The translations under genes and the position numbers were made by a program. Below the pieces are notes generated by a model. It saw nothing but the letters and a program-made list of their open reading frames with translations. It made no database searches and was not told the origin of the DNA. Positions 28,920-38,985 of a stretch of DNA of 64,000 nucleotides are shown here, in pieces; within the stretch, counting starts at the first letter, position 1; each line of letters starts with the position of its first letter. Source of the DNA: Candidatus Omnitrophota bacterium (GTDB lineage Bacteria; Omnitrophota; Gorgyraeia; 2-02-FULL-51-18). The stretch lies in NCBI GenBank assembly GCA_945877765.1, contig CAMDWQ010000008.1:13774-77773 (forward strand), written 5' to 3'.

Positions 28920-30857
28920 ATGGCATTTTTTAAAAAATCTTATTTTTGTTTCCCCGGAGTTCTTGTTTTAGTTTTGTTTTGGACATCGACCGGCTATGCC
29001 GAGCTCACTAGCGGCATGGACGCGGATGTAGTCATTGGAGAGCCGGATTTCGTGACGGACACGACCGGGGTTAGTCAGACGCAGTTCAACCAACCTCGCG
29101 ACGTGTTCAGCGACGGCCAGAGGCTCTTTGTTTCAGATTCGAGAAACGGTAGAGTGCTCATTTACAACTCTATCCCTCGCGACAATTTTGCGGCCGCCGA
29201 CGTCGTACTGGGACAAAATAATTTCAGCACAAGAAATTTTGGCACTTCGCAGACGCTGATGCAGGATAGGGTTTGCGGCGTTTTCAGCGATAGGCAAAGG
29301 CTTTTTGTGGCGGATGCGTTCAACAACCGTGTGTTGATCTGGAATGGTATTCCTAGCGCCAACGGAACGCCCCCCAGCATTGTCTTGGGACAGGCAACAT
29401 TTATTACGAGCGGGGTTGCGGTCACGCAAAGCGACCTATCGGTTCCACGAGCGGTTTATTCGGACGGCAAAAGGTTAATTGTATCCGATTGGGGAAATAA
29501 CCGCGTGCTGATTTGGAATTCGATCCCCACCACCAATAAAGCGCCAGCCGATATCGTTCTCGGTCAGCCGAATTTCACATCGAACAGCGCTCGCACCACC
29601 CGGAATGGGATGAGCACGCCGTGGGGGGTTACTTTTGACGGTCAGAGGCTTTATGTGGCGGATCAGGCGAACAGCCGTGTTTTGATCTGGAATTCCTTGC
29701 CTACGGTGAACAACGCCCTTCCCGACGTGGTTCTTGGACAGCCGAATTTTAACACGGCTGTTCCAGGCGCGGGGCCACAGCGGATGGACAACCCAATTTC
29801 GGTCGCCTCAAACGGCAAGTCCCTTTTTGTGGCGGATATCAACAACTCCCGGATACTCGTTTATAATTCCATTCCGACGTCCAATTTCCAGGCGGCTGAC
29901 GCTGTCATCGGACAGCCTGATTTAGACAATAAGACTACGGGATTGGCAAGAAACCGGATGAACGCGGCATTGGGGATCTCTTTTGACGGCCGGCGCCTGC
30001 TTGTGGCCGATCAGACGAATAGCCGCGTACTTCTTTTTAATATAGGCGAAAACGCTGCCCTTGACCTCGGCCCCCAATTCAACCAAGGCAAAGGGGTCTT
30101 GGGAAAGGTTTTTAATGATGTGAATAGCAATGGGACTCAAGACAATGCCGAGAAGGGAATGGAAGGCATCAAAATCGCCTCTGATACCGGCATCTACGCC
30201 ATCACCGATGAAGACGGCAAATATCATTTTCCTTATATTGAAACTGGCCAGCGGATATTAAAGATAGACGAAGCCACTCTCCCCGAGGGAAGTATTATTA
30301 CCACAGAATCTCCCAGAAAAACAGTTGTTACTGAGGGCATTCTCACTAAGATCTCTTTTGGAGTTAAACTCCCTCCCAACACCACGACGGGTGGCGCCGG
30401 AGGGGAGGCCTCCGCCGCGCGGAGCGAAAATTTACACGAGCACGGCGGAGTCCCGCAGGTGACGACGCAAAGGCCGTCAAGGCCGAAGCGAAGTGCTGAC
30501 CGTACGGACGGTCGGCCCGGACCCGTCGCAGCACCTCTACTTAAAACCACTCTCTCTCAAGACCCCGTCCTCCTAAAACCCACTCTCTCCATCGAAGCAA
30601 AGCTTGAAAACAACAACGTCGTGTTTACCATTCAGACCAACTACCATCTTTTCATCGAATCCTCAGAAATAATTCTCTACACAAAAGATCTAAAACCGTT
30701 TAAAAAGATTCCTCTGCCAAAACCCATCCCTTACCAATACACCCTAAAAAAAGAAGAGCTTCCTCCCAACCAAGAAACTCTCCACTTCCAGCTTTCTGTC
30801 AAGGACAAGCAGGGGAGGGAGGATAGGACGGGAGTCGGGAGTGTGGTTCTCTTTTAA
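28920..30857 (+). CDS. Secreted NHL-repeat beta-propeller protein with SdrD-B-like domain and an in-frame palindromic insertion
   Basis: About 6 repeats of DGxRLxVAD..NxRVLIWN...ADVVLGQPNF; GKVFNDVNSNGTQD...TDEDGKYHF. Confidence 0.8.
   Translation: MAFFKKSYFCFPGVLVLVLFWTSTGYAELTSGMDADVVIGEPDFVTDTTGVSQTQFNQPRDVFSDGQRLFVSDSRNGRVLIYNSIPRDNFAAADVVLGQNNFSTRNFGTSQTLMQDRVCGVFSDRQRLFVADAFNNRVLIWNGIPSANGTPPSIVLGQATFITSGVAVTQSDLSVPRAVYSDGKRLIVSDWGNNRVLIWNSIPTTNKAPADIVLGQPNFTSNSARTTRNGMSTPWGVTFDGQRLYVADQANSRVLIWNSLPTVNNALPDVVLGQPNFNTAVPGAGPQRMDNPISVASNGKSLFVADINNSRILVYNSIPTSNFQAADAVIGQPDLDNKTTGLARNRMNAALGISFDGRRLLVADQTNSRVLLFNIGENAALDLGPQFNQGKGVLGKVFNDVNSNGTQDNAEKGMEGIKIASDTGIYAITDEDGKYHFPYIETGQRILKIDEATLPEGSIITTESPRKTVVTEGILTKISFGVKLPPNTTTGGAGGEASAARSENLHEHGGVPQVTTQRPSRPKRSADRTDGRPGPVAAPLLKTTLSQDPVLLKPTLSIEAKLENNNVVFTIQTNYHLFIESSEIILYTKDLKPFKKIPLPKPIPYQYTLKKEELPPNQETLHFQLSVKDKQGREDRTGVGSVVLF
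30385..30528. repeat. 144-bp GC-rich multi-stem element inserted in frame in the NHL protein gene
   Basis: Terminal inverted repeat CGACGGGT/ACCCGTCG; inner stems CTCCGCCG/CGGCGGAG, TGACG/CGTCA, GACCGT/ACGGTC. Confidence 0.75.
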
Positions 30858-30922
30858 AGCAGTCAACTGCATTCTAATATCATGCTTGACAAACATCATG
30901 TTTGAAGAGCATCATTATAGCT

Positions 30923-32236
30923 ATGAAACATACTTCATTGTTTTGGAACCGCCAAGCTGAGATTCAGTTTATTCAAAGCCGCCTGCGGCGCGGAGGCCTT
31001 GGTTACCTGACGGGTCGTCGTCGTATCGGTAAGACGGCGCTTCTGAAGAGGATCTGCAGTCAATGGAATGGGCTATACCATCAAGCCGTAGAGGGGACTC
31101 CGGATCAGCAGCTCTTGCATCTGTGTGAGGAGTGGTCTGCAAGGATCCCTATTTTGGGCGAGATTCGCCCGCGGTCTTGGGGTGAATTTTTTAAACTGAT
31201 TTCAACGCAAAAGCTTCCAAAGTTGATCGTGCTTGATGAGTTTCCGTATTGGACCGCCGCTGACCCTGGATTTGCCAGCCATTTTCAAAAATGGGTGGAT
31301 CATCATCTGCCGTCCTTGAAGTGTTTGGTTCTGGTCTCGGGCTCATCGCAATCGATGCTGGATTCTCATTTCTTGGGCCGTCAGGCTGCGCTCTTCGGAA
31401 GAAGCATCTTTCATTTAAGAATCAAGCCGATGAGTTACCGATGGTTTTGCAAGGCTTTAGGTTTCTCGGCTCAAGATCCTCAATCATTCACGCGCTTTAC
31501 GATGGTTGGCGGAGTGCCGCATTATTGGAAGCTGATTCATTCTGCGTCGGTGCTCGAACAAGCCGATGAGCTTTATTTTAATTCTTCCGCTATGTTGACC
31601 GATGAGCCTTCTTCCTGGCTTCGCGATGAGGGGATTTCCGGCCATCTTTCTAAGGCGGCGCTGGACTTGGTTGGGCGAGGTGTGCGCAAGCCTAGTGAAT
31701 TGGCATCGCGCTTAGCCGTGCCGCAGGGAAATCTATCAAGACCGCTTTCTGTGCTTCTGGAGCTTGGGTTTATGCGCCGCGAATTGCCGTTCGGAGAGTC
31801 CTCGAGATCGACCAAAAAGGTACTGTATAACATCGAAGATCCAGCATTATCTTTTTATTATGGGACTTACTTGCCTCACAGAGCACTATGGGCGACGTAT
31901 CCAGCGGCGAAGAAAATGCAGATTTTAGAGCTTCATGCGTCCGGGCACTGGGAAAATTTATGCCGGCGATCCTTTGCAGGTTCCAATCGGTATTGGAGCG
32001 GTAAATCTGAGATTGACCTAGTCGCGCCCTTGCCTGACCCTAAAGAGGGCTATCTCGTGGGAGAATGCAAATGGGCCTGGGTGGATAAGAAAGTAGAATC
32101 AAGGCTTTTGGAGGACTTAAAAACTCGATTTGAGCCCACTGAGCTTGGACAAACGCTCAAGAAAAAATACCCCATTACCTATCGGATTTTTTCAAAAAAA
32201 GATCTTTCGACCACCGCTAACCTGGAGAAGTCGTGA
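30923..32236 (+). CDS. Archaeal-type ATPase with wHTH and DUF234-like PD-(D/E)xK nuclease domain
   Basis: GRRRIGKT, LDEFPY, SGSS, GGVPHY, EIDLV...GECKW; upstream palindrome CAAACAT-C-ATGTTTG (30890-30904) overlapping TTGACA. Confidence 0.85.
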   Translation: MKHTSLFWNRQAEIQFIQSRLRRGGLGYLTGRRRIGKTALLKRICSQWNGLYHQAVEGTPDQQLLHLCEEWSARIPILGEIRPRSWGEFFKLISTQKLPKLIVLDEFPYWTAADPGFASHFQKWVDHHLPSLKCLVLVSGSSQSMLDSHFLGRQAALFGRSIFHLRIKPMSYRWFCKALGFSAQDPQSFTRFTMVGGVPHYWKLIHSASVLEQADELYFNSSAMLTDEPSSWLRDEGISGHLSKAALDLVGRGVRKPSELASRLAVPQGNLSRPLSVLLELGFMRRELPFGESSRSTKKVLYNIEDPALSFYYGTYLPHRALWATYPAAKKMQILELHASGHWENLCRRSFAGSNRYWSGKSEIDLVAPLPDPKEGYLVGECKWAWVDKKVESRLLEDLKTRFEPTELGQTLKKKYPITYRIFSKKDLSTTANLEKS

Positions 32237-32264
32237 CGGCTGGTGGATAGAATAAAATAAGCCT

Positions 32265-34169
32265 ATGTCGAAATCCGCTTCTTCCAACGAAAACCCTGTC
32301 CATTCCAACCGTCTGGCGCGCGAGAAAAGCCCTTATCTACTACAGCACGCCCACAATCCTGTGGATTGGTATCCCTGGTCGGCGGAGGCTTTTGAGAAGG
32401 CGACGCGGGAAAATAAGCCGGTTTTTCTTTCAATTGGGTATTCGACTTGCCACTGGTGCCATGTCATGGAGAGAGAATCGTTTGAAGACGCCCAGAGCGC
32501 TCAAATTTTGAATGAAAATTTTATCGCGATCAAGGTGGACCGCGAAGAGCGGCCGGATATTGACAGTGTTTACATGAGTTATGTGACCACAACGACTGGA
32601 AGCGGGGGCTGGCCGATGTCGGTGTTTTTGACACCAGACAAAAAACCCTTTTACGGGGGCACTTATTTTCCGCCCCAGGACCGCTACGGGATGCCGGGGT
32701 TTAAGACTTTGCTTTTATCGATCGCCGATGCGTGGAAGAATAGAAAAGACGAAATTATCCATTCGGCGGACTCGGCAACAACTTTTTTAAATAAACCGAC
32801 AGAGACCAAAGAGAAACCCTTGCTGGATGCGGCGGTATTAGACAAGGCTTTCGCGTACTATGAGTCCTCTTTTGACTCTGAGCGAGGCGGTTTTGGCGGG
32901 GCACCGAAGTTTCCACGCAGCCACGCGCTTTCTTTTCTTTTGCGCTACTGGAAAAGGACAGGATCTGAGAAGTCGCTTGAGATGGTCAAAGCTACGCTGG
33001 ATGCCATGAAAGACGGCGGAATCTACGATCAGTTGGGCGGCGGGTTTCATCGTTATTCGACGGATAATGCGTGGCGTATCCCTCATTTTGAAAAAATGCT
33101 TTACGATCAAGCGCTTTTGGCTAAAACGTACGCCGAAGCTTATCAAGCCACTCAAAATCCGGAGTATGCAAGCACTACCCGTGAAACCCTCGATTATGTT
33201 TTAGAGGGCATGACGTCGCCGGAAGGGGGTTTTTATTCGGCCGAAGACGCCGATAGCCAGGATTTAGAAAATCCGAAAGAAAAAAAAGAAGGCGCATTTT
33301 TTCTATGGAAAAAAGACGAGATTGAAAAACTTCTGGAACCCAAAGCCGCTGAGATTTTCATTTCTTTTTATGGCGTGACCGCGTCTGGCAACGCGCTTTC
33401 GGACCCGCACCACGAATTTGTCGATAAAAACGTGTTGTATCGCGCCGGAAATATAGTAGCGGCGCCGTCTTTTAAAATGAGCCCGGCTGAAGTGACGAAA
33501 TCTTTGGAAGCGTCGCGCAAAATTCTTTTAAATACGCGGGGCGCCCGCCCACATCCTTATAAGGACGACAAAATTCTCGCCGATTGGAATGGGCTCATGA
33601 TTGAGAGCTTCGCGAAGGCTTCTGTTGTCTTGAGTGAACCACGTTACGCCCAGGCCGCAATCCGAGCCGCTGAATTTATTTCGGGGACCCTAAAAGACAC
33701 TCAAGGGCGTCTTTTGCACCGTTTTCGCGATGGCGAAGCCAATATCAGAGCCTCTTTAAACGACTACGCTTTTATGACCGCGGCTTACGTGGTGCTGTAT
33801 GAAGCCGTGGGTGATAAAAAGTGGCTGGAAAGTGCCCGTCAAACAGCTTCTGAAATGATCAAGCTTTTTCAAGATGAAGAGCGCGGCGGTTTTTATTTGA
33901 CGGCGCATGATGCAGAAGCATTGATTACCAGGCCCAAAGAAGTGTATGATGGAGCCGTTCCTTCCGGAAATTCGGTTGCCGCCTGTGCTCTCTTGGCTTT
34001 GGAGCGAGCAACAGGGGAAACTTCGTGGCGGAAGGTTGCGGAGAAAATTTTAGATACTTTTAGTACCGAGATTTCCCAAACGCCTGCAAATTTTACGCAG
34101 ATGCTCGCGGCGCTGGACGAGGCGATGGGTCCGCCTTCTATTTGCCGCGATGAAACGTGCTCAATTTAA
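32265..34169 (+). CDS. Thioredoxin-domain protein, YyaL/SSP411 (DUF255) family
   Basis: [39 protein letters not shown] motifs. Confidence 0.95.
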   Translation: MSKSASSNENPVHSNRLAREKSPYLLQHAHNPVDWYPWSAEAFEKATRENKPVFLSIGYSTCHWCHVMERESFEDAQSAQILNENFIAIKVDREERPDIDSVYMSYVTTTTGSGGWPMSVFLTPDKKPFYGGTYFPPQDRYGMPGFKTLLLSIADAWKNRKDEIIHSADSATTFLNKPTETKEKPLLDAAVLDKAFAYYESSFDSERGGFGGAPKFPRSHALSFLLRYWKRTGSEKSLEMVKATLDAMKDGGIYDQLGGGFHRYSTDNAWRIPHFEKMLYDQALLAKTYAEAYQATQNPEYASTTRETLDYVLEGMTSPEGGFYSAEDADSQDLENPKEKKEGAFFLWKKDEIEKLLEPKAAEIFISFYGVTASGNALSDPHHEFVDKNVLYRAGNIVAAPSFKMSPAEVTKSLEASRKILLNTRGARPHPYKDDKILADWNGLMIESFAKASVVLSEPRYAQAAIRAAEFISGTLKDTQGRLLHRFRDGEANIRASLNDYAFMTAAYVVLYEAVGDKKWLESARQTASEMIKLFQDEERGGFYLTAHDAEALITRPKEVYDGAVPSGNSVAACALLALERATGETSWRKVAEKILDTFSTEISQTPANFTQMLAALDEAMGPPSICRDETCSI

Positions 34170-34185
34170 TCCAATAGGAGAAAGA

Positions 34186-35301
34186 ATGACACTCGCAATG
34201 AAAACAGAAAACTCGATGCGGCAGGCGCTTAAAATTGGACAAAGTTTTTGGTATGACGGGCTTATTTCGACGGCGGAATTTCGTCGGATGATCGAAGAAG
34301 ATGGTTTGCGTGGAGCCACGACCAATCCGGCTATTTTTGAGAAAGCGCTGGCCGGTCAAGAATACGACAGCCACATTCAGGAGCTAGCCAAAACGCAGAA
34401 CGACGAGGAAATTTTTAAAACATTGGCCATTCGTGCGGTGCAGGAGGTGGCTACTGTTTTTTTGCCGGTTTATCAGGAGACGCGGGGACTGGATGGGTAC
34501 GTCTCCTTAGAAGTCAGTCCGCTATTAGCTTATGACACGGCGGCTACCCTTCGCGAGGCGCGCGAATTATGGCGTTTGGTAAACCGCTCGAATGTCATGA
34601 TTAAAATACCCGCGACCCGTGAGGGTTTGCCCGCGATTGAAGCGGCGCTAGCGGATGGAATCAATGTCAATGTGACTCTTATTTTTTCCGTGGAGCGTTA
34701 CCGCGAGGTCATGGATGCTTATATTCAGGGCCTGCAGAAGCGCGCGGGGTTTGACTGGCAGGTTTCTGAGATTGCATCGGTGGCTAGTTTTTTTGTCAGC
34801 CGCGTCGACTCAGCGGTCGATAAAATTTTGGAAAATAAGATTGCGGCCAGCCAAAATACCGCCGAAAAAGAAACATTGAAAGCGCTTTTGGGCAAGGCAG
34901 CGATCGCTAATTCCAAGGTGGCTTATGAAGAATTTAAAAGAGTGTTTAGCGGAGCGCGTTTTCAGAAGCTTCAGTCCAAGGGAGCTATTCTCCAGCGCCC
35001 GCTGTGGGCCAGCACCGGAACCAAAAATGCCAATTACAGCGATGTGTTGTATGTCGAAAGCTTGATTGGCCCAGACACGGTGAACACGATGCCGCCAGCA
35101 ACTCTGGAGGCCTTTTTGGACCACGGTATTTCTGCATCGACGATCGAGTCCGAAATGGCGGATGCCCATGCGGCTTTGAAAAATTTAGCCGCTGTTGGAA
35201 TTGATCTTTCCAGTGTCACCCAAGACCTTGAAAAAGCCGGGGTCGAGATTTTTTGTGAGGCTTATCGTAAAATCATTCAAAGAATCGGAGCAAAGAAATA
35301 A
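34186..35301 (+). CDS. tal: Transaldolase
   Basis: GATTNPAIF, IKIPAT, NVTLIFS, SFFVSRVD, RPLWASTGTK; AGGAG RBS before ATG 34186. Confidence 0.95.
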   Translation: MTLAMKTENSMRQALKIGQSFWYDGLISTAEFRRMIEEDGLRGATTNPAIFEKALAGQEYDSHIQELAKTQNDEEIFKTLAIRAVQEVATVFLPVYQETRGLDGYVSLEVSPLLAYDTAATLREARELWRLVNRSNVMIKIPATREGLPAIEAALADGINVNVTLIFSVERYREVMDAYIQGLQKRAGFDWQVSEIASVASFFVSRVDSAVDKILENKIAASQNTAEKETLKALLGKAAIANSKVAYEEFKRVFSGARFQKLQSKGAILQRPLWASTGTKNANYSDVLYVESLIGPDTVNTMPPATLEAFLDHGISASTIESEMADAHAALKNLAAVGIDLSSVTQDLEKAGVEIFCEAYRKIIQRIGAKK

Positions 35302-35302
35302 A

Positions 35303-36973
35303 ATGATTACTACCACTTCTTATCGTTTTTTGTCAGGCTCCTTCGAGGCATCTATTACTGAGTGGATTCAAAAAGCGGAAAAGCAGTCAATGGTCAAGCG
35401 TTTGTGGGGTAAGGACGCGTCTCTTTGGAAAAAAACTCCTAAAGAGCAAGCCGAAATCGTCGCTCGTCTGGGATGGCTGACTGCGGCGCATCTGATGAAA
35501 GACCGCGCGGTGAGTCTAAAAGCCTTTGCGGATGAAATCAGAGCGGAGGGTGTGACGCATGTGGTGCTTTTGGGGATGGGCGGTTCTAGTCTTGCGCCCG
35601 AAGTATTTCAGTCTGTTTGCGGCAACAAGACAGGTTATCCTGAGCTTTTGGTGCTGGATAGCACGGATCCTCTTAAAGTGCGCGCTATTCAAGAAAAGAT
35701 TGATTTACAAAAAAGCATTTTTATTGTCTCAAGCAAATCCGGCGGCACGATCGAGCTGCTTTCGTTTTCTAAATTTTTCTTTGAACAAGTGAAAGCATTA
35801 GAAGGTGACAAGGCAGGGCAGCGATTTATTGCCATCACGGATCCTGGGACGCCGCTTGAAAAAATGGCCAAAGAAAATCATTTTCGGCGGGTATTTTTGG
35901 CGCCAGAGGATGTGGGCGGCCGTTTTTCAGCGCTGACTTATTTTGGCTTGGTCCCTGCGGCGTTGATTGGGACGGACATTGATAAAATGTTGCGCGGTGC
36001 CGAAAAAATGATGGACGATTCGTCGCTGGCTGTTTCCTACCAGGACAATTCTTCTCTGGCGCTGGGCATTGCGATGGCCGTGCTAGCCGAAGAGGGTCGC
36101 GACAAACTAACCTTGGTAACACCGGAAAATCTAGAATCTTTCGGGGATTGGGCGGAGCAATTGGTAGCGGAGAGCACCGGCAAAGAGGACTCGGGTATCA
36201 TTCCTATCGTTGGTGAGAAGCTCCAAGCACCCGAAGCTTATGGACAGGATCGCTTCTTTGTGGCGCTTGCTCCACGAAATATGAAAAATAGTGAGGAGTT
36301 TGAGGCAAAGCTTGAGGCTCTTGCGCAGGCTGGGCACCCCGTGATGATTCTTACCATGAGGGATGCTTATGATTTGGGCGCAGAATTTTTCCGCTGGGAA
36401 TACGCAACCGCCGTGGCGTGCAGTCTTTTAAAAATTAATGCGTTTGACCAACCGGATGTGCAGGCGGCCAATGACAGCGCAAAATCGATTTTAAAAAGCT
36501 TTGAGCAGACGGGGACTATTCCAGTCCAACAAACGGAAAGGACGCTTGAAAATTTTTGGGAGAATGCGGAATCGGGCAACTATGTAGCGATCTTAGCTTT
36601 TTTACCCGACAGCGCGACGATTAAAGAGCGTCTTACGGAATTGGCGGATAAAATTCGCAAACAGACCAAATTGGCGGTCACGCTCGGTTTTGGCCCCCGC
36701 TATCTTCACTCAACCGGTCAGCTTCACAAGGGCGGCGCCAATAAGGGTATTTTTATCCTGATCACCGCGGATCATAGCGAGGACCTTGCGGTGCCCGGGG
36801 AGAAGTATAGCTTTGGGCAGCTTGAGCTTGCTCAGGCGATGGGCGAATTTACAGCGCTAGAAACAAAAGGCCGGTGGTTGGTTCATTTAAGAGCTCAAAG
36901 CGCTGATGAAAAGGCCCTGAATGAAGTATGCGAAAAAATTGAAGCGGCGATAGGCACGCCTCAGCTATCCTAA
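35303..36973 (+). CDS. pgi: Glucose-6-phosphate isomerase (type found in Tal/Pgi fusions)
   Basis: GMGGSSL, SKSGGT, GGRFSAL, QLVAESTGK, FDQPDV, GPRYLHSTGQ motifs. Confidence 0.9.
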   Translation: MITTTSYRFLSGSFEASITEWIQKAEKQSMVKRLWGKDASLWKKTPKEQAEIVARLGWLTAAHLMKDRAVSLKAFADEIRAEGVTHVVLLGMGGSSLAPEVFQSVCGNKTGYPELLVLDSTDPLKVRAIQEKIDLQKSIFIVSSKSGGTIELLSFSKFFFEQVKALEGDKAGQRFIAITDPGTPLEKMAKENHFRRVFLAPEDVGGRFSALTYFGLVPAALIGTDIDKMLRGAEKMMDDSSLAVSYQDNSSLALGIAMAVLAEEGRDKLTLVTPENLESFGDWAEQLVAESTGKEDSGIIPIVGEKLQAPEAYGQDRFFVALAPRNMKNSEEFEAKLEALAQAGHPVMILTMRDAYDLGAEFFRWEYATAVACSLLKINAFDQPDVQAANDSAKSILKSFEQTGTIPVQQTERTLENFWENAESGNYVAILAFLPDSATIKERLTELADKIRKQTKLAVTLGFGPRYLHSTGQLHKGGANKGIFILITADHSEDLAVPGEKYSFGQLELAQAMGEFTALETKGRWLVHLRAQSADEKALNEVCEKIEAAIGTPQLS

Positions 36974-36977
36974 ATCA

Positions 36978-37523
36978 ATGAAATTTATACCGACCGGGAT
37001 CGACGGGGTTTTCCTCATCGAGCTTGCGTCTTTTCAAGATAAGCGCGGATTTTTTTTGGAAAGCTACAAGAAGGACGAGTTTTCTAAAAATGGAATCCGC
37101 GACGAATTTGTGCAGGACAACCATAGCCGCTCCAATCGTGGCGTTTTGCGGGGTCTTCATTACCAGACCGCGCCGTACAGCCAGGCAAAATTGGTGCGTG
37201 TCATCCGCGGAAGTGCGTTTGACGTGGTTGTGGATATTCGCAAGGGTTCCAAAACATTCGGCCGCTATTTTAGTGAGACTTTAACGGCTGAAAATAAAAA
37301 AATGATTTATGTTCCGTCAGGACTGGCGCATGGTTTTTTGTCGCTGGAAGACGGCACTGAGTTTTTGTATAAAGTTTCTCAACCTTATTCACCGGCCCAC
37401 GAACGCGGCATTCTCTGGAGCGACCCCGAGATTTGCGTTCCGTGGCCCAGACTGGACACCGACTATGCATTTTCTGAAAAAGATAAAAAATTTCCTCTCC
37501 TCAAAGACATCACCGAAAGCTAA
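36978..37523 (+). CDS. rfbC: dTDP-4-dehydrorhamnose 3,5-epimerase
   Basis: DKRGFF.E, QDNHSRS, GVLRGLHYQ, AHGF motifs. Confidence 0.96.
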   Translation: MKFIPTGIDGVFLIELASFQDKRGFFLESYKKDEFSKNGIRDEFVQDNHSRSNRGVLRGLHYQTAPYSQAKLVRVIRGSAFDVVVDIRKGSKTFGRYFSETLTAENKKMIYVPSGLAHGFLSLEDGTEFLYKVSQPYSPAHERGILWSDPEICVPWPRLDTDYAFSEKDKKFPLLKDITES

Positions 37524-38682
37524 TTCTAAATCATCACTACAATATATTAATACGCCTGAGCTTTTGGCCCAGGCGTGTCGCGTGATTTCGGCTTGCCCAT
37601 GGGCGGCGGTAGATACCGAAGGCGATAGCCTCCATCACTACAACGAGAAAATGTGTCTTTTGCAGGTGAGTGTCAAAGGCGGCGATTTTGTGATTGACCC
37701 GCTGGTGCCTCTAGATTTAAAAGAAATGGCAAGAATCATTAGCACTAAATTTGTCCTATTTCACGGCGCTGATTTTGACGTGCGTATTTTCAAAAAAGCA
37801 ACGGGAGTGTTTGAGCCGCAGAGGATGTTTGATACGATGTTGGCGGCCCAAATCTTGGGTTATGAGCGTTTTGGGTTGGCTGATTTGACAGAAAAAATTT
37901 GCGGTATTCGCCTCTCAAAGACGGCTCAAAAAGCGGACTGGTCCCGTCGCCCGTTGACGCCAGAGCTTTTGGAATATGCCTCCGGGGATACCCGTTATTT
38001 GGAGCGGATTTATCTGCAGATGAAAAAAGAGCTTCAAAAACTCGGCCGTCTGGCGTGGCACGAACAAACCTGCGCACGGCTCCTTAAAAATCTAAATGAG
38101 GCCTCCAGTGAACCCAAAGAGGACCCGCTTCGTTGGCAGCTTCGCGGTTCTAAGGACCTTTCACCACGCGCGCTGACCTATTTGCAGGGATTGTGGCAGT
38201 GGCGCGAGTCCGAAGCCAAGCGCTTGGACCGCCCTAGTTTTAAGGTGCTTAACACCGATTATCTTTTGGCGATGGCCCGCTGGGCGGATGAGTTTCGCGG
38301 GCAGGATATTACCGAATGGAAAGAAGCTCCGCGCCATTTGCACCGGCAATACCGGGAGCAAATCAATTTGATTTTAAAAAATGCCGACTTGTTGCCGGAA
38401 GCTATTTTTACAGCGCCCGACAAGGCGGGGAAGGCACGCCGTTTACGCAGCTCCGAAGAGGACCGTTTTGGCCGGCTTAAAGAGCAAAGGCTTGAACTTT
38501 CTAAGGAGCTTCGCATCCAACCCAGCGTCATCTTAACGAACGCGCTATTAGAAGCCGTTGTCCGCGAGTCTCCGCGCGATCTCGAGGGGTTGAAAGCGAT
38601 TGACGGGATCATGCCCTGGCAGGCGGAGGTGATAGCCCCGCGTTTTTTAAAAATTATTCAACCCAAGACTGCTAAGGTATAA
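37465..38682 (+). CDS. rnd: Ribonuclease D (with HRDC domains); start uncertain
   Basis: AVDTE, HGADFD, FDTMLAA, DWSRRPL..E...YA..D. ATG 37465 overlaps rfbC. Confidence 0.88.
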   Translation: MHFLKKIKNFLSSKTSPKANSKSSLQYINTPELLAQACRVISACPWAAVDTEGDSLHHYNEKMCLLQVSVKGGDFVIDPLVPLDLKEMARIISTKFVLFHGADFDVRIFKKATGVFEPQRMFDTMLAAQILGYERFGLADLTEKICGIRLSKTAQKADWSRRPLTPELLEYASGDTRYLERIYLQMKKELQKLGRLAWHEQTCARLLKNLNEASSEPKEDPLRWQLRGSKDLSPRALTYLQGLWQWRESEAKRLDRPSFKVLNTDYLLAMARWADEFRGQDITEWKEAPRHLHRQYREQINLILKNADLLPEAIFTAPDKAGKARRLRSSEEDRFGRLKEQRLELSKELRIQPSVILTNALLEAVVRESPRDLEGLKAIDGIMPWQAEVIAPRFLKIIQPKTAKV

Positions 38683-38691
38683 TACCAATCC

Positions 38692-38979
38692 ATGTCCGAT
38701 TTAAATCTAAAACACATCGCCCGCCTGGCACGCCTTCATTTCAAAGAAGATGAGCTTAAAGTATTTGAAGCTCAAGTGGCCGGTATTTTGAAGTTGGTGG
38801 ATGAGCTAAAAGAAGTCAATGTCGATGGCGTTGAGCCGACGAGTCATCCTTTGGACATCAAGAATGTTTTCCGCGAAGATGAAGTCAAGCCGTCACTGCC
38901 CATTGAGGAATTTTTAAAACAATCTCCGCGTTCTCGCGGACGTTTTTTTGAAGTCCCTAAGGTTATCGAGGATAAATAG
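38692..38979 (+). CDS. gatC: Asp/Glu-tRNA amidotransferase subunit C
   Basis: IARLARL, VEPTSH, REDE, FEVPKVI. Confidence 0.95.
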   Translation: MSDLNLKHIARLARLHFKEDELKVFEAQVAGILKLVDELKEVNVDGVEPTSHPLDIKNVFREDEVKPSLPIEEFLKQSPRSRGRFFEVPKVIEDK

Positions 38980-38985
38980 AGGCTT

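Noticed and set aside
29000-30040. Repeated DNA motifs in the NHL gene as a DGR template/variable pair
   Set aside because: Explained by protein repeats. Differences are not adenine-specific and there is no reverse transcriptase.
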